From Myxococcota bacterium (GTDB lineage Bacteria > Myxococcota_A > SURF-8), in assembly GCA_965140415.1 (NCBI GenBank), contig OZ223209.1:4160001-4224000 (forward strand): a stretch of 64,000 nt of DNA, written 5' to 3'. Under the pieces are notes generated by a model. That model ran no database searches. It had not been told where the DNA came from and saw only the letters and a program-made list of their open reading frames with translations. A program made the translations under genes and the position numbers. Shown in pieces: positions 39,293 through 50,032 of the stretch. Numbering within the stretch: the stretch's first letter is position 1; every line of letters starts with the position of its first letter.

Positions 39293-40273
39293 TTAGGGGT
39301 AGAGCGGGTTGCCCGTCGTTCCCAGCGAGATGCGCCAGATTTTGCTGCCGATCAATTCGGTGACGTACAACGAGCAGGGGTCAAAGCCCTCCCCTGCTCC
39401 GAATGCACCGCTGGCGGGCAGCATCAAGCCTTCGGCCACGATCTCCTGATCGCCTTCGGGGGTCACACGCACGATTTTGCCAAGTCCGTTGGCCATCACG
39501 TAAACGTTGCCGTCTTTGTCCATCGCCAAACCATCGAGCAACCCATTTTCGGGCAGGTTGACGAACACACTGGCCGTTCCGGCGCTCTGACCTTCAATTG
39601 GAATCACGTAGAGCGGGCTGTCGTTTTCGAATGTGCTGGCCACGTATAACAGGTTGCCATCGGGCGAGAAGACCATGCCGTTTGGCGAGGGAATCTGCTC
39701 GGTCCACAAGCTGGTTTCCCCGTTGTCGGTCAGCTCCCAGATTTCCGGGATCATGTCATCGCTGATCAACCAGCTTCCCCAGGGTGTGCGCGTAACGAAA
39801 TTGGCGTTGGCGATTACACCCGCATCGACCAGCACCGATAATTGCCCGTTGCTGTATTTGTACATCCCACCGTCACGGGTGTCGTCGTTTAAAGGGCCAA
39901 AAGAGCAGACCAGCAAATCGCCGTTCCCACCGAAAGTCGCGCCGACGCCGTCTGCCGCATCGGCCACTTCCGTCATTGTTGCATCGGCAGTGAATTTAAT
40001 CAGCTTATTGGAAGAAGTCACGAACATGGAGTCGATGCCGTCGAAGGCGATGCCTTCCGAACCGACCAGGCCACGATAAAAGATTTCTTTTTCTCCCACC
40101 GCAAGGTCCGTAAAGCAGACGCCATTGCCGTCGCCGTCCGCAGCCGTTTCCGTTTCGGCAAGATCGCTATCGCCATCGGTTACAATCTCATCATTGTCGT
40201 CTGAACCGCAGGCAGCCAAAAGCAATACGGCTATCACAGACACCCCAATAAAAAGCCATCCCCATCGTGACAT
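39293..40273 (-). CDS. SMP-30/gluconolactonase-family lipoprotein
   Basis: LAAC lipobox; EGIAFD, PNGMVFSPDG, DGLAMDKDGNVYV. Confidence 0.88.
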   Translation of the reverse strand: MSRWGWLFIGVSVIAVLLLAACGSDDNDEIVTDGDSDLAETETAADGDGNGVCFTDLAVGEKEIFYRGLVGSEGIAFDGIDSMFVTSSNKLIKFTADATMTEVADAADGVGATFGGNGDLLVCSFGPLNDDTRDGGMYKYSNGQLSVLVDAGVIANANFVTRTPWGSWLISDDMIPEIWELTDNGETSLWTEQIPSPNGMVFSPDGNLLYVASTFENDSPLYVIPIEGQSAGTASVFVNLPENGLLDGLAMDKDGNVYVMANGLGKIVRVTPEGDQEIVAEGLMLPASGAFGAGEGFDPCSLYVTELIGSKIWRISLGTTGNPLYP

Positions 40274-40456
40274 CGATTTCTCCCTCTTTCCGATATGATC
40301 GCCCGTTGCTGCATGAAGCAAGCGCAGGCTTCCCGTTCCCTCTTACAAATCTCCCCTTACTATGCCCACCGCCTTAAATCTGTCAAGTTTGGAGTTGATT
40401 TTCCTTGGTAAAAGCTTCGCTCAAATGTGAACTGGCATTTTTGTACTATCGAATTA

Positions 40457-41929
40457 TTATTGCTCAAGCATGCAGCAGCGAACACCTTTATATTTACTTG
40501 TATTATTCTTTGATGATTTTCTTGAGACAGAACTTTCACATGTAGTATACTAACCAATTAGCCACTCCCCCCCCGAGTCATAAGCCTGCGAACTTGTTGT
40601 TTCATTACCAATCCACTCACTAACGTTCCCCAATAAATCAAAAGCTCCGTAATCTGAAAGGCAATTAAGCTTGGAGCCTGTAAGCGTAGGGCCAGAAGGA
40701 TACCCTCCATTGTCACTGGTATTATCCCAACAGGCATTCTTGACATATTCATTTCCATATGGATAGTTCTTCCCGTTCGGCCCCTCACATGATTGAACCC
40801 AATCCGTCTCTTCGCAAAGTAATTTACCTACATTCATGCAAGCCTTACGGGCCTGAAACCAGGTAATAAATCGACTAGGAATGACACCTTTCGATGAACA
40901 AGCGTAAACAGGGACGGTTTCCAGATAATCTTCCTCTGAATCACTACAAAACCAATCTTCAGCGGAAATTGGGCAATCGACTTCATCCGGGAATCCGGCA
41001 GGATAGTTATCCTCCTGCTGCCCGTAGCTGTTGCCTGTGCAATCAGCATGTTCCATCAGCACCGATTCGAATTTATCGATACAGAAACGGCCATCAACCG
41101 GCACCATTTCCGGGTGATGCCAGCAGTTAGAAACCGAAGGTTCCCCTGCGCCATCGTACTCGTATTCAATTGCATCACGCGAGAATTCATCATCTTCATC
41201 ACCCGGCCAACCATGCAAACAGGCATCCAGCGTTTGACAATCCGTATAGCCCAGGCAATCTTCTACCCTGCCATTCGTCCAATCCACCCATTGCCAATCG
41301 CAATTGATATCACAAGCCTCCTTCGTGAATTCCACTTCGATGTTACACCCCATATAAAGATCACAAAGATCCATGCACTCGGATTGATAGGGTTCAGTGA
41401 CCATTGTTACCCTTGCACAATCAAGAAATGCATCACAACTTTCCTTCTGGATACAGGTTCCCATCAGGTAATGATTCAATTCATCTGATTCGCAGGTCGG
41501 GGTGCAAGGGTAATAGACAATCCAGTTGTCGTGAATGTTTTTTCCGCATTCCAGGAAACGATCGCAAAGCTGTTCACAGGCAGAATCGTCCTTGGAATCG
41601 GCTTCCAGATCCGGGTCTGGGTCAAAGTCTACATCTACATCACCATCCACACTGATTTCTACACAGCTTGTCTTATCTTGTTGGATATACCCTTGGGGGC
41701 AGTCACAGACCGCATAGCCATTGACAGCCTTACAGGTTCCAGGTGAACAGTCGATGCCTTGGCAAACGGAAGGAATGAGATTTGTTTCCTTTTCAGATTT
41801 ATCCTGATCGGCGATTTCCAGATCACCGTCAATATCTGCCGGATCTGTAGAATCGGAAGAATTGGAGGAACAGGCACCGATAAACACGAAAATGATTCCA
41901 AGTGTCCAGACCCAAGACTTGCCAGACAT
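40457..41929 (-). pseudogene. Cys-rich/EGF-like + FGE-sulfatase lipoprotein interrupted by an in-frame TAG (40550-40552)
   Basis: IGAC lipobox; FCIDKFE, GAFDLLGNVSEW, GGEW. The frame continues 30 codons past TAG to KGVRCCMLEQ-TAA. Confidence 0.8.
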
Positions 41930-42008
41930 ATTCCACTCCCGGCTGTACGTAGTTGTGACCCTGCCATTGTATACGAAGCAGCGGATTTTACGCAAAAATC
42001 AAACGCAA

Positions 42009-42042
42009 TAAAAAACGGGCTCCCCCGATCTGGAGGAACCCG
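42009..42042 (-). terminator. Probable intrinsic terminator
   Basis: CGGG..CTCC/GGAG.CCCG stem followed by T6 on the minus strand. Confidence 0.55.
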
Positions 42043-42073
42043 CATGTTGCATCCATCAACTTTCAAATCAGTT

Positions 42074-45000
42074 TCACAGCAACGAAAGACGGCGGCGGAA
42101 GCACAGACCTAAAAGCAACAGTCCGGCCAGCCAGCCCGAGGAATTCCCCGCGTTCCGGCAGCCACCTCCGCTTCCGTCGTCTTCAATTACCGTATCTTTG
42201 TCCGTCTCGATGCTCTCGCCGTCGCCGTCGATGAGTTCATCGCCATCCAAGACCATCGGCAAGTCGCCGTCCGTACCCGTTTCATCACCATCAGGAAGAA
42301 TCTCATCTCCATCGGAGACAATCTCCTCCCCGTCTCCATCCACCGAAGATTCATCGTCGCCATCAACGACAACGTCATCTCCATCGACAACCTCTGCATC
42401 ACCATCCACTAACGGCTCGTCCCCATCGACCATTTCATCACCATCGATGAGTTCATCGCCGTCGGCAACCAGATCTCCATCAGCCGGATCGTCGCCATCG
42501 GGCGGCAAATCGCCGTCGGGAACGAAATCGTCCACATCGCCATCGGGCCAGTCGATATCGCCATCCGGCGCATCCAGCATCTCGTACAAACACACGTCGT
42601 CGATATTCCAGCCACCGAATTCCAGACCGCCGTCACTTTCGATCTCCCAGCGAATCCGGACTTCGCTTTGACCCGCCGCTTGCTCGCTGATGTCCAGATC
42701 GAACAGAATCCACTCTTTGTCCTCATGATGCACCGAACCGGAAGCATCCGCCGAGTTGCGCCAGACAAGCACATCATTCACGTAAATGCTGGCGTGATCG
42801 TAAGTGGCGTCTTCCACCGTCAACCAGCGACGGAATTGCAAACGCACGCTGCCAGCTTCGGACAGATCGTAGGCGGGGCTGGTCAAGGCATTGACGCGAT
42901 TCGATTGATACAGGCCGTTCCAGCGATCGGTCAGCGCCAGGTCGTTTCCCCAAACCATGTTTCCGCTATAGGCTCCCAACGGATCGCCGCCTTTGCCGGT
43001 AGGCGCTCCCCACTGCCAATCGTCTGCGCCTTCCTGGTTTTCACCGCTGATCAGTTCATGGGTAAAACCTTGCGCCGACTCCAGGTTGTCGCAGGATATT
43101 TCCTGCAAATCGCCCACGTACAGATAATACGCGGGGTCGCCGGGATTCTCAGGCCGTATAATCGTCGACTGTCCGGCCAGATCCTCGATTTCGATACGAT
43201 AGCGAATTTGCACCCCGTAGCGCAAGGGCGGAATTTCGGTAGAAAACGACTCCCCATCCTCGCTCGTCATCACGCGCATACGCCAGCGATCTTCCGAATC
43301 CAGCTTGTACATCAGGCGAACTTCGCCCAAGGCATTTTCACTGCACTGCGGATGAATGGCGTGAATGCCAACGGTAACCGGAATCGGCTCGCCCCAATTC
43401 GTTACCGCTTCAATGGGCTGATGCTCGATATCGAAACTGCCGCCGCCACCTTCGATAAGACCATGCAACCCGAACGCGGAATCGATTTCGCAGATATGCG
43501 GGCTGCCGTCGGTCAAGTCGCCGTTGTCGTCATCGGCCAGTAACGCCGCTTCGTAAACCGAAGGAATGTTCCCGGCATAACGCACCATACCCGCGTAAAT
43601 CGTATCGCAGATCAGCGCGCCCTGCTCTTGTCCGTATTCGGAAATAAGTGCTTGGCGCAGATCCCAGAGAGCGCCACCGACGATCAAGCCCGACATGTGC
43701 GGGTCTTCATCCTGATCCTCGGGCCAGCGCTTGTCCGGTTCTAAATCCCGCAGATGGCTTCCTGTAGTAATAAAATAGGGGGCCAGTTTGTTGTCGTTGG
43801 TAATCGAAGCGGACATGTAGTCGGCAAAGCCTTCGCTCACCGCCTCGTTGAACTCTCCCGTTCCTAATTGAGAACTGTAATAATGAAATCCGTGACCGAA
43901 CTCGTGATAAATCACATCGGCGATCATTCCAGTGTTGTTACAGCTATAGCCATAGCCACTTGGTCCCGCTTTGTAAAAGGTAAAGCCGCCATCGAAAAAG
44001 GCGTTACAGGTTTCGTTGTAATTCACGTTAACGGTAACGACTTGCGTGAGCCAGCTCAGATCTTCGGCCAGACTTAAAGCATGCTGGCGCACATCGGCGA
44101 ACGACCGGAACGCATCCAACTGAACCTGGTTAAATTCACCGCTGGTTTCCCAAGTGTAGCTCGCACCATCACTCATGTCATCGGCACTGGCGGAGATATT
44201 GTCGCCCTGTAGGTTATCCAGCGTGGTATACAACCCCTGCATGTTCAAGCCGATATTCGCCGTGTCTCCTGTGGTTGTAAAGTGGCCATCGGCATCTGCA
44301 TAGCGAAAACCGTTCGGCGTATACAGGCGTAAACGCGAGGCCGGAGATGCAATCAGATCGCCGCTCGGGTTTCGCTGGTGATGACTAAGCAGAATGGTTC
44401 CGTTCATGAACAGGCGCTCATCGCGCAGGGCGAGCAGTTCGCCCTTCTGTGCGTCGATATAGGCGGTCCAGCGCCCTTCCCCCGATCTTCCCAACGACAC
44501 CTGTTGGACCAGTTGCAAGCGTAGCGAATCACCCTCGATCAAGGGAAAGATTGCCAGTTCAACCCCTTGCACAACCAGATGTTTCCCGTGTGTTTGCAGG
44601 TAATTAACGGCAATAGTTTGTGCATGTGTGTTATCTGCGAAAACGGAAGAATCAAATGCGAGAGCAGGGAACAAACGACAGCCGAACATGACCAGGCGAC
44701 CATATTTAATCGCAACAAAACAACCCGTTCCTAAAACCGGAATGCCCTTGATCTGCTGCTCGAACGCCACCATCCTTACTCCTGCAAAGACGTGGTTCGT
44801 CCGCACAACAAGCTGTTCAAGTGTCACATCCGAAGGGAGCAAGTCGCTGTTTTCTTTGATGAACCGCAAAGCGACTTTCCGTGCCGCCTCTTCGTCCGTC
44901 ATCACCTGCGAATCGACCTCAATGCCCTCTCCCCAGATTCGGAAGAATTCACCGGTAGGACCGCTTTTACGCATACTCCAGTTATTTCCATAGCGACTGC

Positions 45001-45184
45001 GAAAGGATTTCGGAGCTTCATCTGTTCGATATACCGGCGAAATGCCGCTGTGACCGGCCAGCCAGGCAGTACTTTCCGGTACGAATTCAATTCGCTGCGA
45101 AGGCTGCTGAAAAGCAAAGCCAGTGAGACTCCATAAGGTAGCAAGTAGGAACACGAAGACTAGAGTCGGTACATGATGTCGCAT
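42074..45184 (-). CDS. Secreted M4/M36-like zinc metallopeptidase with DGD-repeat stalk and MYXO-CTERM-like anchor
   Basis: CNAFFDG, VIYHEFGH, SEGFADY; many DGD repeats; GGGC...GWLAGLLLLGLCFRRR. Confidence 0.88.
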   Translation of the reverse strand: MRHHVPTLVFVFLLATLWSLTGFAFQQPSQRIEFVPESTAWLAGHSGISPVYRTDEAPKSFRSRYGNNWSMRKSGPTGEFFRIWGEGIEVDSQVMTDEEAARKVALRFIKENSDLLPSDVTLEQLVVRTNHVFAGVRMVAFEQQIKGIPVLGTGCFVAIKYGRLVMFGCRLFPALAFDSSVFADNTHAQTIAVNYLQTHGKHLVVQGVELAIFPLIEGDSLRLQLVQQVSLGRSGEGRWTAYIDAQKGELLALRDERLFMNGTILLSHHQRNPSGDLIASPASRLRLYTPNGFRYADADGHFTTTGDTANIGLNMQGLYTTLDNLQGDNISASADDMSDGASYTWETSGEFNQVQLDAFRSFADVRQHALSLAEDLSWLTQVVTVNVNYNETCNAFFDGGFTFYKAGPSGYGYSCNNTGMIADVIYHEFGHGFHYYSSQLGTGEFNEAVSEGFADYMSASITNDNKLAPYFITTGSHLRDLEPDKRWPEDQDEDPHMSGLIVGGALWDLRQALISEYGQEQGALICDTIYAGMVRYAGNIPSVYEAALLADDDNGDLTDGSPHICEIDSAFGLHGLIEGGGGSFDIEHQPIEAVTNWGEPIPVTVGIHAIHPQCSENALGEVRLMYKLDSEDRWRMRVMTSEDGESFSTEIPPLRYGVQIRYRIEIEDLAGQSTIIRPENPGDPAYYLYVGDLQEISCDNLESAQGFTHELISGENQEGADDWQWGAPTGKGGDPLGAYSGNMVWGNDLALTDRWNGLYQSNRVNALTSPAYDLSEAGSVRLQFRRWLTVEDATYDHASIYVNDVLVWRNSADASGSVHHEDKEWILFDLDISEQAAGQSEVRIRWEIESDGGLEFGGWNIDDVCLYEMLDAPDGDIDWPDGDVDDFVPDGDLPPDGDDPADGDLVADGDELIDGDEMVDGDEPLVDGDAEVVDGDDVVVDGDDESSVDGDGEEIVSDGDEILPDGDETGTDGDLPMVLDGDELIDGDGESIETDKDTVIEDDGSGGGCRNAGNSSGWLAGLLLLGLCFRRRLSLL

Positions 45185-45438
45185 TGTCACTCCTGAAATT
45201 TCTTCCGACGATTTTGTATAACCAGGTGGAAACAACAAATGAATCGATGCGCTTGCAGAATTCGGCAAAACAGCAAGCGACCGTAGATCAGCTGCAAAAG
45301 ACTAGCAAAAAAACTTCCGGCAATCAAAAACAATTGTCATATTTCTTGATATTACTCGCTTTTCGTTCAAGATCGGCTTTCTTGATGTTCCGAAGTGGAG
45401 AGCGATTGTTTTGTAATTTTGTAAGGTTAATCCGCTTC

Positions 45439-47256
45439 TTACCATTGATCGCGATAAAGCGACCGCAGTCGGGTTGCGCGGTAAAATTCCAATTTACTGA
45501 ATTCCTGCTTCCAAACCAGCTCGGCATTGGCATCACCCGTTACTTCCAAAATCTGGTTGGGATTTGCATTCTCCTTTACTCCCCCGGCGCAGATCAGGAC
45601 ATTTCCGTTCGGCAGGAAGTCTGCATCTCCATATTTTCCGTTGTAATAAGGGGTTACGCTCTGCCAGACGCGCTCGGCTAACATGTTCTGCTCATCCAGA
45701 AGGTAAATTACCGCCCGGCTTTTATTGTTTTCCCAATCGTCGTTTCCGGGATTGCCATTGTCAAATATGATCATTTGGCCGCCTTGATTCATGTCCGGCG
45801 AATGCTGCCCGAAAAACCAATCGACGGAATCATCGCCAGTGGCGTTCGTCAGGGTAAAGTCGCCCTGCCAGCCCATGCGCCAGATCACATTCCCGCTTGC
45901 ATGATCGATTTTGAGAATCCAGTTTTGGTTGCGGATAGAAAGCAGGATGCTGTCGTCCTGCTCCTGATATATTAGGGAGTTGCAATGAGTCCAATCATAA
46001 CCGCCGCCGCTTTCAAGTTTCTGGGAAGCCGGTGTTGGAAAACGCGAGGTATCCAGGTGATCGAAAGCGGACCAACGCCAGACGATCTCGGCATCCGGCG
46101 TCACTTCCAGGATCTCGTCACCACGCAACAAAACAGGATCTTCATCGAAAGGAACGGAAAACGTGTCATACTGCTTCGTCAGGGTCAGAAAATGACCGTT
46201 AGGAAGTGCAATGGTTTCATGGTGAATGCGGCTGAGTTCCAACTGCCGAGCGGTGATATTCAGCAGGTTGTCACCCCCGATCGTAATTACACGGAAACCG
46301 TTTTCCTGCTGCAATAACAGGTTACCATTCGGCAGCGGTTTCAAGTCGCGGTCGAAAGTTGAATAATTGTTATTCGAAATACGATAGTACCAAACAACAT
46401 CCCCTACTTCATCGACACCGGTGTAATACATCGGAACGAGCGTCCCGCTTCCGTCACGTCCACCCGGACACGTAATTGTCACTCCCGGTTGTACCTGCTG
46501 AGGCAACGATGCTTCAACGGTAAACGGCACCGGCAGATCTTCCGGCAATGCACCGGTAGTAAAGGTTTGATCCTCGCCATACACGAACTTGTCATGCTCG
46601 TTTACCAATACAGGTCGAAGGTGATATTCCCGCTCGGCTTTCATCTGCACGACGGTCAAGACATGGCTCGCGGTCTCCTCGGCAATATCCGTGTGATATC
46701 CATAATTGGAATCCAGGCCATACTCGATGTACGCCCGGCAAGGTCGGTTCGTATCCAGATAAACAATGGCGGACAGAACCGAATTGACGTTTTCGATCAC
46801 AACGACCGATTCAATGACCAATGGCTCCGTCTCTTCCTCTTCCTCTTCCTCTTCCTCCTCTGCCTCAGAGCAGAACTCGCAATCTAACTCCGTTTCAATA
46901 TCGAACCCGTCCGCTTCATCTTCCTCACGATCACCATCGACAACGGAATCGATCCAGTCGCCCTCTTCGTCCATATCCACCGAATCACCGTCTGTCATCT
47001 CGTTATCGACATCCGCATCACCTTCAGCATCGTTCTCGATATCTACCCAATCCTGATCACCGATGAACGAATCATCTTCATTCTCCAATTCAATGTCTCC
47101 ATCTACTGGAGATTCCACTGTTTCTTGCTCGGAAATCTCTGAATCTCCATCCGGCAACGTTTCGGAATCGTCGCTGCAAGCAAATAAACCACACAATGCA
47201 AGAATCAGAATGAAGAAAGCAATTCGATCTTTGGGTTGCATGGGAACTCCTGTCAT
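45439..47256 (-). CDS. Arylsulfotransferase (ASST)-like lipoprotein
   Basis: LFAC lipobox; acidic linker; IHHE, DWTHCNSL, SIRNQ, GQHSP, FDNG. Confidence 0.85.
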   Translation of the reverse strand: MTGVPMQPKDRIAFFILILALCGLFACSDDSETLPDGDSEISEQETVESPVDGDIELENEDDSFIGDQDWVDIENDAEGDADVDNEMTDGDSVDMDEEGDWIDSVVDGDREEDEADGFDIETELDCEFCSEAEEEEEEEEEETEPLVIESVVVIENVNSVLSAIVYLDTNRPCRAYIEYGLDSNYGYHTDIAEETASHVLTVVQMKAEREYHLRPVLVNEHDKFVYGEDQTFTTGALPEDLPVPFTVEASLPQQVQPGVTITCPGGRDGSGTLVPMYYTGVDEVGDVVWYYRISNNNYSTFDRDLKPLPNGNLLLQQENGFRVITIGGDNLLNITARQLELSRIHHETIALPNGHFLTLTKQYDTFSVPFDEDPVLLRGDEILEVTPDAEIVWRWSAFDHLDTSRFPTPASQKLESGGGYDWTHCNSLIYQEQDDSILLSIRNQNWILKIDHASGNVIWRMGWQGDFTLTNATGDDSVDWFFGQHSPDMNQGGQMIIFDNGNPGNDDWENNKSRAVIYLLDEQNMLAERVWQSVTPYYNGKYGDADFLPNGNVLICAGGVKENANPNQILEVTGDANAELVWKQEFSKLEFYRATRLRSLYRDQW

Positions 47257-47258
47257 AC

Positions 47259-49028
47259 TTATCGGTTACTGCCAGAATCTAAAACGTATCCCTTTGTTGG
47301 TTCGAGAATTCGCTCGGAGCGATACACTCCCCACTTCAGTGGCAGCGAAAGATCCCAAATCTTCCGCCCCGGACTTTCATTGGATATTTCAATCAAGTGC
47401 GAATGCTGGCTTGTACTGCGAAGCCCGAAAGTCGCCAATGTATTGCCATTGGGTAAACGGTCGGCATCACCCCAGATCGGAGCGAAGATCGGAGGATCGG
47501 GAACAAAGGACCAGACGATTTCCGCAGTGCGGCTTTCATCTGTATCCGTGTAAGCCAATTCAATTACCCGGCTGTAAGATCGATAGGTGTAGTGGCCGTT
47601 GTCGAATAACAGGATGTTACCATTCGGTTGAATTTCCGGGGCATGTTGGCGATAGAATTGATCTTCCGGGTCGATCTCGAAATCCCCTTCAACGCCCATT
47701 TTCCACACGATCTGCTCGGTGTCCATGTTGATTTTGAACAGGGCATACTGCTCGCGAGAGGAAAGCAGCAAAGCATTTTCTCTCGGAAACCAGACGAGCG
47801 CATTCAGGTGCGACCAGTCCAGGCGAGGGTCGGGCGGACTGTAATAATGGCACAATACCCAGGAATAGACGACTTCGGCCCGTTCTACATCCCAGATATA
47901 AATTCCACCGGAGTTCCACTCGCTTATGGCTGGATCTTCACAGCTTTTCTCGCCATTCAAAAACAGATACTGCCCTTCCCCATATACTTGCATCTCGTGA
48001 TGCATGCGGAAACGCTCACTCCACAAGATGTTGCCTTCCCAGTCGATGCGGTGCGGATATTTATTGTCGGTATTGCCACCGATCAGAATACCATCGGGCA
48101 CCGTGCGTACGTCGTTATCTTCACCAAACCAAGCATTATTTACGGTGTAATACCAGCGGTAACGCCCCTGCTCATCCACCATTGCCAGTGACAACGGGAT
48201 GCGATCGTAGTGGTTATTCAAGTTGAAGAGAGTCCAACCGGATTGCAGCAGTTCCTGCTCACTGTAATCAAGCGAAAATTCAGGCAGGTTTTCAGGAATC
48301 TCACCAACCGAGAAGGAAATGGAATCCGTGCTTTCGGCATCCTCACCATTGACGGCGCTTGCGGTCGCCGTACATTCAGCGAGTTGCAACAATCCCATGA
48401 CAAACACACTGTGAGCCGCTGTCAAATCCGTACCAGCAAAGCTTTCATGATAATCCGAGCCACAATCCACCGTAAGTGCGGTCAGGCAAGGGCGGTCGGT
48501 TTCCCATTCGATATAATACGAAAGTAGATTGCGAGGATTGGCAAAGGCAGCCAGTCGGTCGATCACGATCAGAGGCTCCGGCTCGGGATCGGGTTCCGTT
48601 TCGAGTTCCGGCTCGATATCGGCTTCGAGTTCAAATTCAAATTCTAGTTCACCTTCCAGCTCCCATTCACTTTCCTCGTCTCTCTCACACTCCTCTTCAA
48701 TCTCAATTTCGATCTCCGGTACGTCGTTTTCCGCTAACTCCATGACATCAAGATCGAAATCCGTATCAGTGGATTCCACCTGCTCTGTTTCATCGAGATC
48801 CCCATCCAAAAACCGATCCTCATCGACGCGATCCTTGTCTCCATCGCTCGGAAGCTCATCCTCCAAGTCGATATCACCGATACCGGGCGTTTCCAGATCT
48901 CCATCTGATACAGGATCGCCCGTATTTATGATACCGGGATCGGAACCGCTGCAAGACAGCAGTATCGCCACCACAATGAGTATCACAACACATTTATAGA
49001 CTCGCCAAGGATGAAACCACGTACTCAT
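47259..49028 (-). CDS. Arylsulfotransferase (ASST)-like lipoprotein
   Basis: LLSC lipobox; MHHE, DWSHLNAL, SSREQ, RQHAP, LFDNG, GDADRLPNGN. Confidence 0.85.
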   Translation of the reverse strand: MSTWFHPWRVYKCVVILIVVAILLSCSGSDPGIINTGDPVSDGDLETPGIGDIDLEDELPSDGDKDRVDEDRFLDGDLDETEQVESTDTDFDLDVMELAENDVPEIEIEIEEECERDEESEWELEGELEFEFELEADIEPELETEPDPEPEPLIVIDRLAAFANPRNLLSYYIEWETDRPCLTALTVDCGSDYHESFAGTDLTAAHSVFVMGLLQLAECTATASAVNGEDAESTDSISFSVGEIPENLPEFSLDYSEQELLQSGWTLFNLNNHYDRIPLSLAMVDEQGRYRWYYTVNNAWFGEDNDVRTVPDGILIGGNTDNKYPHRIDWEGNILWSERFRMHHEMQVYGEGQYLFLNGEKSCEDPAISEWNSGGIYIWDVERAEVVYSWVLCHYYSPPDPRLDWSHLNALVWFPRENALLLSSREQYALFKINMDTEQIVWKMGVEGDFEIDPEDQFYRQHAPEIQPNGNILLFDNGHYTYRSYSRVIELAYTDTDESRTAEIVWSFVPDPPIFAPIWGDADRLPNGNTLATFGLRSTSQHSHLIEISNESPGRKIWDLSLPLKWGVYRSERILEPTKGYVLDSGSNR

Positions 49029-49072
49029 CCGCCTCCTCGTTTCACCTACTACAATCGAAATAGCAACACCTC

Positions 49073-49465
49073 TTAAAGTAACAATTCCACTGTAACCATC
49101 AGATCATCATCGCTCTTCGGCTCACCGTCGGGGCCATCGCTGATAATCGACCAGAAGTTTCCTTCCCACCCTACGCGATAGGAATTACCGAAGTGATCCA
49201 AACCACAGCGTTCCCCGCTGCAATTGAAGTTGATCTCATACCAACTTTTAAATGTATCCCGATTCGGTGCGGCTTTGCCAACCGCATTCTCCGCCAGAAC
49301 TTTCTTTGCGATTTCGCGGAGATCCTGCTCTACCTTCCACGATGTCACCGTGTGCAGAACCTTCATCGCCGGACTGGGACTGCTCACCCGCCCCGAAGAG
49401 AGGTAGCCGAAAAACCATAAACCTCCCAGCACGAGCAATCCGATCCAAAACAGTTTCTTCACCAT
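49073..49465 (-). CDS. Membrane-anchored protein with a GspG-like C-terminal motif
   Basis: N-terminal TM; DHFGNSY...IISDGPDGEPKSDDDL; no prepilin cleavage motif. Confidence 0.55.
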   Translation of the reverse strand: MVKKLFWIGLLVLGGLWFFGYLSSGRVSSPSPAMKVLHTVTSWKVEQDLREIAKKVLAENAVGKAAPNRDTFKSWYEINFNCSGERCGLDHFGNSYRVGWEGNFWSIISDGPDGEPKSDDDLMVTVELLL

Positions 49466-49731
49466 GGCAAGCCCCCATGACCCCGTTTTAACGAACTGCT
49501 ATAATAGCTCACGATTGTAGCATGGCGACCGTTCTTCTCCAAATCATTGATGCCAATAACGAAATCCCATTTTTCCAGGGAGCCGCTTTTTTCCTTGATA
49601 ATCCACAAGAGGTTTGCTAGCTTGCCTACCGGCGTGGAAGTGTGGCGCGCCTTTCCAAGAAAAGGCATTGGATTCAACTAGTTGTAGTTGATCCTTCATG
49701 AAGCGATTCTATTATGCAAGGATATACGAGT

Positions 49732-49998
49732 ATGACCGATTTTGAACGTGAGATACGCGACAAGCTCATTGAAAGACTCAATCTGGAAGACATCGACCCG
49801 GAAACGATCACCCGCGACTCGGCGTTGTTTGGAGAAGAAGGACTGGGACTGGACTCGATCGACGCTTTGGAAATCGAGGTCATGATCGAAGAAGATTACA
49901 ACATCAAAGTGATGGCCTCCGAGCGTACCAAATCGACATTCGGCTCCCTGGGCGAACTGGCTGCGTTTATTGAGAAAAATAAAAATCGGGACGCTTGA
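49732..49998 (+). CDS. Acyl carrier protein
   Basis: LFGEEGLGLDSIDALE, the aryl polyene/DarC-type ACP signature. Confidence 0.92.
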   Translation: MTDFEREIRDKLIERLNLEDIDPETITRDSALFGEEGLGLDSIDALEIEVMIEEDYNIKVMASERTKSTFGSLGELAAFIEKNKNRDA

Positions 49999-50032
49999 TC
50001 CGTTCGATCACAATTCGTATGACGAGGAAATT

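Noticed and set aside
46828-46862. GAGGAA microsatellite as a phase-variation tract
   Set aside because: In-frame hexamer encoding poly-Glu in an acidic linker; length changes would not switch the frame.
49073-49465. True type II secretion pseudopilin gspG
   Set aside because: No G|FxxxE prepilin motif and no neighbouring T2SS genes.
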